Of a stretch of DNA of 64,000 nt, positions 1 through 8,923 are shown one piece after another (the first letter of the stretch is position 1; each line of letters starts with the position of its first letter). The stretch is taken from NCBI GenBank assembly GCA_030038175.1, contig JASHPN010000372.1, positions 2,169 to 66,168 of the forward strand. The letters are read 5' to 3'. Made by a program: the position numbers and the translations under genes. The notes below the pieces were generated by a model. The model saw only the letters and a program-made list of their open reading frames with translations, was not told the origin of the DNA and searched no databases. Source of the DNA: Verrucomicrobiia bacterium (GTDB lineage Bacteria > Verrucomicrobiota > Verrucomicrobiia > Limisphaerales > UBA11358).

Positions 1-2500
1 CGTTGTTGATCTTTACCCATGCCGTTATGGTAAATTCGCCGTTGACGCCCGAGGGCTCGGCAAAATCCACATTGGTTCCGATTTGGCTGGCGTAACTGGG
101 AGTCGTGGCGGAGCCGACCTCGACTGAGAAGTCGGAGGGATCGGAGTTGGGATTGTAACCCTGATCGTGCAAGTCAACGTTGGTGTAAATGGCATTATTG
201 CCGCCGGCGTAATCAAGCGCGACAACTCCAATATCGCCATTGCCCTGCTCCGCTTCGTTCAAACGCCAATACCCAATCGGATTCAGTGAGAGGGTGTTGG
301 TGGGATAGGGAGAATCCGGATTGCCGGCAACATTGTTATTCACCGGATCAGCCACCACGGAAGCATTCCAAACAATACTGGTCACTGCGCCCAGTATGTT
401 GCTGACAACGCAATAGTTTGTGATGGGCTGGGCCGCCTGGACATTGGGCATGATAAAGCCGGCGTTGGTGGCCGCGCTATCCGCCACGCCGTTGGTAAAC
501 CATTGGTAAAAGAGCGGCGTTGCCCCGCTCACGGCGACCGAAAAGGTCGGACTGGCGCCGGCATACAGGGTAAACACGTTCGTGTAGGTGACCGGATACT
601 GGCCGACCAGCATCGGAGCCGTATTGACCGACAGGCTTACGACCGCGCTGGTGGCCGAGCCATAACTGTTCGTCACGACGACATAATAATTGGTCCCGGC
701 ATTGGCGGGCTGCACCGGATTCAGAACCAGCGCGGCATTGGTTTGGCCGGACAACGGCACTCCGTTGGCAAACCATTGATACGTCAACGAGGCGGCGCCG
801 GCAGCCGTCACCGTGTTAGTGAACGCCGTTCCCTGGTTGACGGTGGCAGACACCGGTTGGGCGCTGACGAACGGCGGCATTTCGCCGGCATTATAAAGGC
901 TCATCACCTGGGCGGCGGTGAGCGCGCTGCCAAACATCGCCACTTCGCAAACGTTTCCTTCAAACTGCCGGCCCATGGCAAGGAGAGTCCCGGACGTATT
1001 GGTGAAAGAGGCATCGGCGCCGATCATCACATTGGTGTTGGCTCCCGGAATGCTGGCCGGCGAGTTGTTGTTGGCGACGGCTATACCATCCAGGTAAAGG
1101 GCATTGGCGGTCGAGCTGTGGGTTGCCACCACGTAATGCCAGAAACCGTCATTGTACTCGTTGGGCGACAGCAAATCGCTGGAAAGGGATCCGCTCCCTT
1201 CGTTGGCATTATTGGTTCCGGCGTCAAAGACGATATGGCCGGTCGTGTTCATCGTGATGCCCCAGGAACCGATGCCATGGCCAACAATGGTTTGCACTCG
1301 CGAATCGCAAGGATCTCCCTGAAACCAGGCGGCCACGCTGAAATTCGCGCTTGCGCCGGTGGGATTATACTGCGTGGAGTTGCCTGCATCCGCAAACGAA
1401 CTCATGCCGCTGCCCGGCATCGCATTGGTCCACGGACCAAATCCCTGCGCGAAGGCGGTTCCATTATTTGGACCGGACACTCCGGCAGGTAGCGTGCCCG
1501 CGGTATAGACGCCATTGACCCCGGAACTGCCGTAATTGGCCAGCGCCGGCAGGGTGACGAAGGCCGGCGACGTGTACGAGGGAGAATCAAACCGATAAAA
1601 GATTGTGGGCTGGTCATTGAAAACCAACGTCTCATAAGGAACGGTCGGAGAAGGATTAAGACCTGTGTAATAGTGATTGGTGATGTCGGCATATGCCAAC
1701 GCGTTTGTATAGATAGCAAACTCCTGCATGAATCCGGTGGCGTCACGGACAAATCCTTTGCCGGTGTCAACCTCGATGGGGTCCCAATAATTCGGCGCAT
1801 AATCGGCATTGGGCCAGTTCGAAATGACCAGGACCCCGTTCATGTATAAATCAATGTTGGTGCCGTCGTCGGTGGTGACCAGATGGTACCAGCCGCCGTT
1901 ATAGGACAGGCTTTGAGTGGAATTGGGGCTGGTCGAACCGCCGTTATTATTATAAGTATAGAAGTTAAAATTGTTGTTCAAATACAGGCGAATTCCGGAA
2001 TAGGTGGAAATGCCATTCAGGCCGAGTTCCGAGCCGTCGGCGTTCACGGTTGCAAAAATGTCGGATTGCTTGCCAGAACCGGAGTTGTTCGTATTCCAAT
2101 ACCATAGCTCGACCGTAAACGGTGGAATCAAGGTTGCGGCGGCCGAGCTGTGCGGGATAATCAGGCAGTTGGTTGTGGATCCCTTGTTGCCCGATCCGGA
2201 GAAGTAATAATTGAAATAGACGCAAGGATTGGGATCTCCGGCGATCGCACCGGCCGTGTAACGGTGATCGATGGTTCCAGGGTCGGACCAATCCCCATAA
2301 TAGCCGTTGGCGGCAGGGCCGGCGCTTCCATAATTTGTCTCAATGTCACCATGTGTCATGGCTTCATTTTCGTGCATGGGCCAATACCCAATGGGACTGA
2401 GACTGATGACGGCGTTGGAATAGGCCGATTGCGCCTGGACAACGGTCGCGGGAACTAAAACCGCGGCGGCCAGGAGGGTCACCAGTAATTTTGTTTGCAT
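1..2500 (-). CDS. Giant secreted LamG (Laminin_G_3-like)/Ig-like repeat surface protein, N-terminal ~833 codons (partial, continues beyond window start)
   Basis: Not in the supplied ORF track because there is no stop in the window. My own reverse-strand translation from the ATG at 2500-2498 stays open to position 1. It reads MQTKLLVTLLAAAVLVPATVVQAQSAYSNAVISLSPIGYWPMHE...GDIETNYGSAG... Two LamG-type modules end in FAIYTNALAYADITNHY and VAMFGSALTAAQVMSLYNAG. Two Ig-like modules follow (LTYQWFANG, LFYQWFTNG), then a new LNPIGYWRLNE module. It is collinear with roughly aa 790-1560 of the 55723-63162 product. Confidence 0.85.
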   Translation of the reverse strand, partial: MQTKLLVTLLAAAVLVPATVVQAQSAYSNAVISLSPIGYWPMHENEAMTHGDIETNYGSAGPAANGYYGDWSDPGTIDHRYTAGAIAGDPNPCVYFNYYFSGSGNKGSTTNCLIIPHSSAAATLIPPFTVELWYWNTNNSGSGKQSDIFATVNADGSELGLNGISTYSGIRLYLNNNFNFYTYNNNGGSTSPNSTQSLSYNGGWYHLVTTDDGTNIDLYMNGVLVISNWPNADYAPNYWDPIEVDTGKGFVRDATGFMQEFAIYTNALAYADITNHYYTGLNPSPTVPYETLVFNDQPTIFYRFDSPSYTSPAFVTLPALANYGSSGVNGVYTAGTLPAGVSGPNNGTAFAQGFGPWTNAMPGSGMSSFADAGNSTQYNPTGASANFSVAAWFQGDPCDSRVQTIVGHGIGSWGITMNTTGHIVFDAGTNNANEGSGSLSSDLLSPNEYNDGFWHYVVATHSSTANALYLDGIAVANNNSPASIPGANTNVMIGADASFTNTSGTLLAMGRQFEGNVCEVAMFGSALTAAQVMSLYNAGEMPPFVSAQPVSATVNQGTAFTNTVTAAGAASLTYQWFANGVPLSGQTNAALVLNPVQPANAGTNYYVVVTNSYGSATSAVVSLSVNTAPMLVGQYPVTYTNVFTLYAGASPTFSVAVSGATPLFYQWFTNGVADSAATNAGFIMPNVQAAQPITNYCVVSNILGAVTSIVWNASVVADPVNNNVAGNPDSPYPTNTLSLNPIGYWRLNEAEQGNGDIGVVALDYAGGNNAIYTNVDLHDQGYNPNSDPSDFSVEVGSATTPSYASQIGTNVDFAEPSGVNGEFTITAWVKINN

Positions 2501-2882
2501 GCCGCCCAGGCTGGTTGGCCGCTTGCTGACGCGCGCGGCTCGGCTGCCTGCATTCAATGATTTGGTTTTCATAATGATTAAGCCTTCGATGGTTTGGATT
2601 CTCAGTTCCTTTGACAAAAACCGCTTGTTAGAAATCTCAAGTTTCGGGCGGCTCCGACCGGATGCGTTTTCGACATGTCACAACGGCCCTGCTGCGGATG
2701 GTCCATGGTTTGGTAATTGAAATTCCCTCCAATATATGACGGCGCCGGCCGAAATTACTATGGCCCATTTAGACCGTTTTTGGGCGGGCGTTCGCGGGCG
2801 GGGATGGCCCAAACGGGCCATCCCCGCCCCTGGAACGCCTTTGACCCTTGAATGGCCGCGGGCCCTGGCGTAAGCTCAACTT

Positions 2883-5800
2883 GTGAATGTCACGGTAACT
2901 CGCCTGAACCCCGTGGTGCTTTTGGCAGGATTGATTTGGATCTTCACTTTTTTTTCCTCGCAGGCGTCCACAAATACCGAATGGTTTACGCGCGTTTGGC
3001 AAACGGACGACGGCCTGCTCAATAACAATATCAGTGCGATTGCCCAGGGCCGTGACGGTTACCTTTGGATCGTCACGCCGGTGAGCCTCATGCGTTTTGA
3101 CGGGATTCGCTTCAGCCCATTCCCGGTCAAAGATTTTACCGGATCGATCGAGCCGCATAATATTCGCACACTCGTTTGCACCAGCACCGGCGCGCTTTTG
3201 ATCGTTCCGAATCTCGGACAAATGGCGGGTTTGAATCCGGATTTTTCATTGTTTCCCCTGCCGAATGGGAAACTGCCGAAAGGCTCGCCATGGGCGCTCG
3301 CCGAAACCCGCGATGGATCATTATGGCTTGGATATGCCAGCGCCATTTATCGGTTCAAAGATGGCCGGTTGACGAAATATACAGAAACCGACGGGGTGCC
3401 GGGGGCTGGCCCTCCTTTGTTGGCCAGCGATGGCGCCGGCAATCTCTGGATGGCCAAGGACAATAGAATTTGCGTTTTTCGGTCGGAGCGATTTGAGCCC
3501 ATCGCTCCGATGCGCGATGTGCAATGCCTGGCTGCCAGTCATACGAATGCGGTTTGGTTTGTCGCGCATGGGCATCTTTATAGCTGCGATGCCGAAGGCG
3601 CGCAGGACCGGGGCTCATTCGAAAATTCTCCCACAGCGATCGCAGAGGCGTTGCTGGAAGACCGCAAGGGCGCCATTTGGATTGGCACCGACGGACAAGG
3701 ATTGTTTCGCTTCAGCGATTCCGGGTTTCAAAGAGTGGAAACGTCTCATTCCTGCATCCTGAGCCTGGCCGAGGACGACGAAGGCGACATCTGGGTTGGG
3801 ACCGGGGGCGGAGGACTGGACCGGATTTCGCTGACTTCGGTTCGTCTTGAGGCCATGGAAAACAACGGCATTTTGTCTCAATTGCAGTCGGTTTGCCAAA
3901 GCGCCGACGGGAGGTTATGGGGAGCGACGCTGGACCAGATGCTTGCCTGCCGGATCAACGGCAAGTGGACGCCCGTTTTCACCAACGCCGCTTTTGCCGG
4001 AAACGTGCGATGCGTTGCGACCGCCCCGGATGAAGGGATTTGGATCGGGATGCGAGGAGGGCAGTTGTTGAGGCTGGCCAACACGAACGTGTTTGATTGC
4101 ACTCAAGGAAGCGACCCGGCCGGCGGCCCAATTTATGCCTTGTGTCCGACTCCATCGGGGGGCCTTTGGATTCTGCACCGCAACGTCCTGCGGTATTTGC
4201 AAGGCGGGCTTGGTCATCTCGTCGCTTTGCCGCCGCACGTGCCCCGAATTTCTGCCATTGCCGCGGATACGACTGGAAATCTTTGGCTGGGAGCAAAAGG
4301 GATGGTCCTGCGGTTTGATGGCACGAACTTCACGGATGAATCGGCGCTTCTGTCAATTTCAAATCACACGGTTTCCTGCCTCTATGGCGCATCCGACGGC
4401 AGTCTTTGGATCGGTTGCGGGGGACTGGGTTTGTTGCGGTTCAAAGACGGGCGGGTTGGGCGGATCGGGGTTCAGCAGGGTTTATTCTGCGATTATATTT
4501 CGGAAATCCAGGAAGATCGGAAAGGCTGGCTTTGGTTTGGCTCGGACCTGGGCATATTCAAAATCAGGCAGGCGAAATTGGAGGAGGCCATGGCGAACTC
4601 CCGCCTTCGGTTGCATCCCATCGTCTATGGACGAAATGAAGGCCTGTCGAGCCTGGAAGCCATCTTCAGCACCGCTTCGCCCTTTGTCATTCCTCGCGCG
4701 ATCCGGACACGCGATGGCAAAATATGGCTGCTGACCCACACTGGCGTCGTTGTGGCCGATCCCGATGTGCTGCCGGAAAATTCCGCGGCCCCGGCGGTAC
4801 GATTGACCCAGATCGCCATGGACGGACAAATCATTGCGTCCTATGGCGGTGTCGTTCCGACGCAAACGGTCGCTGATCCGGAAGAGTTGAACGCGCCTTT
4901 GCGTTTGCCGCCCGGGTTTCACCATTTGGAATTTGATTTCACGGCGTTTCAGTTCAGCGAACCGGAGAATATTCATTTTCGTTACCGGCTTGCGGGTTTC
5001 GACAATGGCTGGATAGACGCGGATACCGGACGGGCGGCCAATTATTCGCGCTTTGCGGCGGGAGACTACCAGTTTGAAGTCCAGGCCAGTGTCGGTGACG
5101 GGCCATGGAGCGACACTCCGGCCGCGCTGGCCTTCACGGTGACCCCGTTCTTCTGGCAGACCTGGTGGTTTCGCCTCGGCGCCGCGGTCTTTTTGGCTTC
5201 GCTCCTGGCGACAATCGTGCGTTTGATATCGTACCGGCAATTGCGCCTGAAATTGCGGGCGGTCGAACAACAGGCCGCGATCGAAAGGGAACGCGGGCGC
5301 ATTGCGCGGGACATCCACGATGACCTTGGAAACCGCCTGACTAAAATTGAATTACTAACCGGCCTGGCGCATCTGGATCGCGAAGCTCCGGGCAAGGCGG
5401 CCGGCCATATCCAGCAAATCTCAACGACGGCCCGGCAGGCGACCGATGCGCTGGATGAAATTGTCTGGGCGATCAATCCGCGCAACGACACCTTGCCGCA
5501 TCTGATCGGTTATATCGGACAATTCACGGTGGAATTTCTGCGCACGGCCGGTATTGGTTATCATGTTGATTTGCCGGATTTTCCGCCCGAGGAGCCGGTC
5601 TCCGCCGAAGTGCGCCACAACCTCTTTCTGGTCGTGAAAGAATCCCTCAACAATATCGTCTGCCACGCCGGCGCAACGGAGGTCTCCATGGTCATTGTTA
5701 TCGCTGATCATTCCTTTATCAACGTTACGGTTGAAGATAATGGGCGCGGTTTCAATGGCGAGGTCCTGAATGGCGGCGGAAACGGTTTGAAGAACATGCG

Positions 5801-5900
5801 GCAACGGATGGGTGAAATTGGCGGTTTCTTTGAAATCAAAACGACGCCCGGCGCCGGCACTCGGGTCTTGCTAAAAAGCCCCTGTCAGATAAAAAAATAA
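2883..5900 (+). CDS. Sensor histidine kinase with periplasmic two-component-regulator propeller repeats, Y_Y_Y-like domain, HisKA_3 and HATPase_c
   Basis: 1005-aa ORF with a GTG start and an N-terminal hydrophobic segment. About 12 reiterations of the DGxLWIGTxxGLxRF-type motif (RKGAIWIGTDGQGLFRF, DEGDIWVGTGGGGLDRI, SDGSLWIGCGGLGLLRFKDG and others). Also FRYRLAGFDNGW...GDYQFEVQA, a TM segment (WWFRLGAAVFLASLLATIV), the H-box RIARDIHDDLGNRL, and ATPase boxes (VKESLNNIVCHA, DNGRGF, GNGLKNMRQR). Confidence 0.9.
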   Translation: MNVTVTRLNPVVLLAGLIWIFTFFSSQASTNTEWFTRVWQTDDGLLNNNISAIAQGRDGYLWIVTPVSLMRFDGIRFSPFPVKDFTGSIEPHNIRTLVCTSTGALLIVPNLGQMAGLNPDFSLFPLPNGKLPKGSPWALAETRDGSLWLGYASAIYRFKDGRLTKYTETDGVPGAGPPLLASDGAGNLWMAKDNRICVFRSERFEPIAPMRDVQCLAASHTNAVWFVAHGHLYSCDAEGAQDRGSFENSPTAIAEALLEDRKGAIWIGTDGQGLFRFSDSGFQRVETSHSCILSLAEDDEGDIWVGTGGGGLDRISLTSVRLEAMENNGILSQLQSVCQSADGRLWGATLDQMLACRINGKWTPVFTNAAFAGNVRCVATAPDEGIWIGMRGGQLLRLANTNVFDCTQGSDPAGGPIYALCPTPSGGLWILHRNVLRYLQGGLGHLVALPPHVPRISAIAADTTGNLWLGAKGMVLRFDGTNFTDESALLSISNHTVSCLYGASDGSLWIGCGGLGLLRFKDGRVGRIGVQQGLFCDYISEIQEDRKGWLWFGSDLGIFKIRQAKLEEAMANSRLRLHPIVYGRNEGLSSLEAIFSTASPFVIPRAIRTRDGKIWLLTHTGVVVADPDVLPENSAAPAVRLTQIAMDGQIIASYGGVVPTQTVADPEELNAPLRLPPGFHHLEFDFTAFQFSEPENIHFRYRLAGFDNGWIDADTGRAANYSRFAAGDYQFEVQASVGDGPWSDTPAALAFTVTPFFWQTWWFRLGAAVFLASLLATIVRLISYRQLRLKLRAVEQQAAIERERGRIARDIHDDLGNRLTKIELLTGLAHLDREAPGKAAGHIQQISTTARQATDALDEIVWAINPRNDTLPHLIGYIGQFTVEFLRTAGIGYHVDLPDFPPEEPVSAEVRHNLFLVVKESLNNIVCHAGATEVSMVIVIADHSFINVTVEDNGRGFNGEVLNGGGNGLKNMRQRMGEIGGFFEIKTTPGAGTRVLLKSPCQIKK

Positions 5901-5904
5901 CCTT

Positions 5905-6573
5905 ATGGAAACACCAGCCGGCGTGCAGCCGATTACGATTGCCATTGTTGAAGACGACATTGAAACCCGCGCGTGTCTGGTTGAATTATTAAGACGAGAA
6001 CCGCGCGTCCTGTGCGTCGGCATTTATCCCACCGGGGAAGGGGCCGTGCGGGACATGCCGCTTATAAAACCGGAAGTGGCCCTGGTGGACATCAACCTGC
6101 CGGGGATGAGCGGCATTGAATGCGTGGGCCTGCTGAAAAAGCAACTTCCGAAATTGCAGGTGCTGGTCCTCACCAAATATGAAGAAAGCGATTTGATCTT
6201 CAACTCGCTGCGGGCCGGCGCGAGCGGCTATCTCCTCAAAAAGAGGTTTACCGTTGAATTGATTTCGGCCATTGAACAGGTGTATGCGGGCGGTTCGCCC
6301 ATGTCCATGCAGATCGCCCGCAAAGTCGTGGATCATTTTCGCGAGGCCAAACAGCCGGTGTCGGATTTGGACAAATTGACGACGCGGGAGCAGGAGGTCC
6401 TGGCTTTGCTCGCGAAAGGGCTTTTTTATAAGGAAATCAGCGTTCGGCTGGGGATCAGTTTCCACACGTTCCGCAACCATCAGCGGGCCATCTACGAAAA
6501 ACTGCATGTCCGTTCACGCACCGAGGCGGCGTTAAAATATCTCGCCGAAGAACAACGTGAAAATCAGACATAA
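5905..6573 (+). CDS. Response regulator, NarL/LuxR family (REC + LuxR-type HTH)
   Basis: 222 aa. Receiver motifs (IAIVEDD, VDINLPGMSG, LVLTK). C-terminal HTH LTTREQEVLALLAKGLFYKEISVRLGISFHTFRNHQRAIYEKL. Starts 4 nt after the kinase stop. Confidence 0.93.
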   Translation: METPAGVQPITIAIVEDDIETRACLVELLRREPRVLCVGIYPTGEGAVRDMPLIKPEVALVDINLPGMSGIECVGLLKKQLPKLQVLVLTKYEESDLIFNSLRAGASGYLLKKRFTVELISAIEQVYAGGSPMSMQIARKVVDHFREAKQPVSDLDKLTTREQEVLALLAKGLFYKEISVRLGISFHTFRNHQRAIYEKLHVRSRTEAALKYLAEEQRENQT

Positions 6574-6674
6574 TCGAAAAGAGAATTTGACTCGATATTA
6601 AAGTGAAGTTGCCCGACTCTGTGCCGATGGCAGAGAACTTGCGCATGAACGAGCGAAGGCCCGGAACGCCGGCA

Positions 6675-7094
6675 ATGAAGTCGCTGACCGAGTATCTCGA
6701 ATTTGAACTGCCCAACCGCCGGGGCTTCGTCAACATCACGGACGTGGTCGAGCGGCTCGTGGCCAAGAGCGGGGTCAAAGAAGGCCTTTGTCTCGTCAAT
6801 GCCATGCACATTACCGCGTCGGTCTTCATCAATGACGCGGAGGAAGGGCTGTTGCAGGATTACGAGGAATGGCTGGAACGCCTCGCGCCGCATGAGCCGA
6901 CCTCGCAATACCGGCACAATCGCACGGGCGAGGACAACGCCGATGCGCATTTAAAACGCCAGGTCATGGGCCGCGAAGTAGTGGTGGCCATTACCAAAGG
7001 CAAATTGGATTTCGGGCCGTGGGAACAAATCTTCTACGGCGAGTTTGACGGGCGCCGTCGCAAGCGCGCCCTGGTCAAAATCATCGGGGAATGA
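6675..7094 (+). CDS. yjbQ: YjbQ/UPF0047 family protein (secondary thiamine-phosphate synthase-like)
   Basis: The ORF track begins at a GTG at 6603. The ATG at 6675 ([10 protein letters not shown]...) gives the family-typical ~139 aa. Conserved stretches: [57 protein letters not shown]. Confidence 0.8.
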   Translation: MKSLTEYLEFELPNRRGFVNITDVVERLVAKSGVKEGLCLVNAMHITASVFINDAEEGLLQDYEEWLERLAPHEPTSQYRHNRTGEDNADAHLKRQVMGREVVVAITKGKLDFGPWEQIFYGEFDGRRRKRALVKIIGE

Positions 7095-7281
7095 CGTTGC
7101 CCATGTGTGGGTCGTAGGCGTATGCCATTATTGCAGAAATTTCAAGTATGAGCGCGTTTGGACCCAATATTTCTATTCCGGAGCTCATTTTAAAACTGGT
7201 GGGAGAGAATCACAACGTGGCTGTGGGGCAGGGCACCTTGTGATTGCGCCCCAGTTGTAGTAGAAATCACCCTGGTGAAGG

Positions 7282-7650
7282 CTAAAGCCAACGTAGCGCG
7301 TAGTAGTTACAGATGAGGTGGATGGTGTTGTCGGCGACAATAAACAGCCAGGACGACATCCACACCGGCAAGTTGGTGTAGCCGGTTTCAGAGCATTCCT
7401 TCCACGGGTGGTAGCCCGGACCAAGCCAGTTCTTCGCCCAGACCACGTAACGCGCAAGTCGGAAACGATCCACAAAAAAATGGCTGACCAAAATCGCCAG
7501 CACCGCCCAGACCGAGCCGATGAGCAGGAAGGGCAGGCTGTAAACCACCACGTGGCACAGCGCCGGCCAGGTGCGCCGGGCCTTGTTTTGTGCCATCCAA
7601 TCGCTTTGGGTCAGGTAATCGCCGACAAGGTGCAGGATGAGTTGTAACAT
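7282..7650 (-). CDS. Small integral membrane protein, DUF3307-like
   Basis: 122 aa. N-terminal HLVGDYLTQSDWMA motif typical of DUF3307 and several hydrophobic helices. Starts 4 nt after the NHL gene stop, so it is the last gene of the porin-cytochrome operon. Confidence 0.6.
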   Translation of the reverse strand: MLQLILHLVGDYLTQSDWMAQNKARRTWPALCHVVVYSLPFLLIGSVWAVLAILVSHFFVDRFRLARYVVWAKNWLGPGYHPWKECSETGYTNLPVWMSSWLFIVADNTIHLICNYYALRWL

Positions 7651-7654
7651 AGGT

Positions 7655-8923
7655 CTAGGGGAGAAGGAGGACCCGATAAAATCGTTGCGGCGCAGCCCCG
7701 GCTGAGTTGTCGTCCACGCTCACAACAAAATTCGTCGCCGCCACCGGCGCGCCGAGATTTGACCATGCGGGACTTGCCGAACTTTGAAATTGCGGCTGGT
7801 AGGTTTTGCCCATCACGGCATTCCAGGAAAGGGCCACGATCGTGTTTCCACCGGACGATTGCAGTGTTACACTAAACGGAACAATCACATCCCGAATCAA
7901 CTCGTTGTAAGTGTCCGCCACGGCGAGCGAACCGTCCGCGCCGAACGCCAAGCCATAAGGATTGTAAAAACGTCCCTGGCCGTTGACGCCGTTGGCGCTG
8001 CCGGAAATCCCCACCGCGCCGCTCACCGTGCTCACGACGCCGTTGGTGGATATTTCGCGGATGGTTTGATTGAACGAATCCGCCACGAACAGGTTTCTGT
8101 TCCGGTCAAAAACAATTTCCGCCGGACTGCGGAACCGCGCTGAACTCAAACCGCCGTCCGCGGATCCATCCGCCCCGGCCAGTCCGGCAAAGGTGGTCAC
8201 GACGCCGGCCGGGGTGATTTTGCGGATAGTGTCGTTGTTTGCATCGCTGACGAAAAGATTGCCGGCGGCGTCGAAGGCCAGCCCAAGGGGGCCATTGAAC
8301 TGCGCGTTTGTGCCGGTGGCGTCGGTGGCTCCCCAGACTTGCGGCTCACCGGCAAACGTTGAAACCCCGCCGTTGGAGATTTCGCGGATGCAATGGTTAC
8401 GGCTGTCGGCGACGAAGATGGTCCCGTTCGTCGCCACGACGATTCCCAGCGGTGCGCTGAACAGCGCGCTGCCGGCGGCGCCATCGGCAAATCCGCCCGA
8501 ACCGGGAACGCCGGCAATGGTGGAAACCGCGCCGGCTGGCGTAATTTCGCGGATAATGTTGTTGCCGGTGTCGCTGACATACAAATTTCCACTTGCGTCA
8601 AACGCCAGTCCGCTTGGGGCGTCGAACTGCGCGTTCGTGCCAGTGCCGTTCATGCTGCCGGGCACTCCCAGTTGGCCGGCGAAGGTTGTGACCCAGCCGT
8701 TCGCCATGACTTCACGGACGGCGTCATTTTCCGAATCGGCAACGAAGAAATTTCCATTCGTGTCCGTGACGATGGCCGCCGGATCGCTGAACAGCGCGTT
8801 TGTGCCTGTGCCGTTCGTCGCGCCGCTCACCACCGCCTGCCCGGCGAGCGTGGCCACGGAATCCTGCGCCCGCAGCCCGGCGGCGAGCGAAAGCAGCAAC
8901 ATTATGACGATGGGTCTCTTCAT
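7655..8923 (-). CDS. Secreted NHL-repeat beta-propeller protein with C-terminal FYR-type beta-sandwich module
   Basis: 422 aa with signal peptide MKRPIVIMLLLSLAAGLRAQ. Six or more reiterations of FxxPxGLAFDAAGNLFVSDxxNxxIRKITPAGVVTTFAG. Its start overlaps the cytochrome stop as ATGA (8920-8923). Confidence 0.85.
   Translation of the reverse strand: MKRPIVIMLLLSLAAGLRAQDSVATLAGQAVVSGATNGTGTNALFSDPAAIVTDTNGNFFVADSENDAVREVMANGWVTTFAGQLGVPGSMNGTGTNAQFDAPSGLAFDASGNLYVSDTGNNIIREITPAGAVSTIAGVPGSGGFADGAAGSALFSAPLGIVVATNGTIFVADSRNHCIREISNGGVSTFAGEPQVWGATDATGTNAQFNGPLGLAFDAAGNLFVSDANNDTIRKITPAGVVTTFAGLAGADGSADGGLSSARFRSPAEIVFDRNRNLFVADSFNQTIREISTNGVVSTVSGAVGISGSANGVNGQGRFYNPYGLAFGADGSLAVADTYNELIRDVIVPFSVTLQSSGGNTIVALSWNAVMGKTYQPQFQSSASPAWSNLGAPVAATNFVVSVDDNSAGAAPQRFYRVLLLP

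Noticed and set aside
503-1492. 329-aa plus-strand ORF, and several other 60-135-aa ORFs, in 25-2720
   Set aside because: They are Arg/Gly/His-rich low-complexity translations lying antisense or out of frame to the clearly motif-bearing LamG/Ig gene on the reverse strand. These are typical shadow ORFs of GC-rich DNA.
2769-3221. 150-aa minus-strand ORF overlapping the start of the sensor kinase
   Set aside because: It overlaps the motif-rich kinase frame, has a basic low-complexity composition and no recognisable domain.
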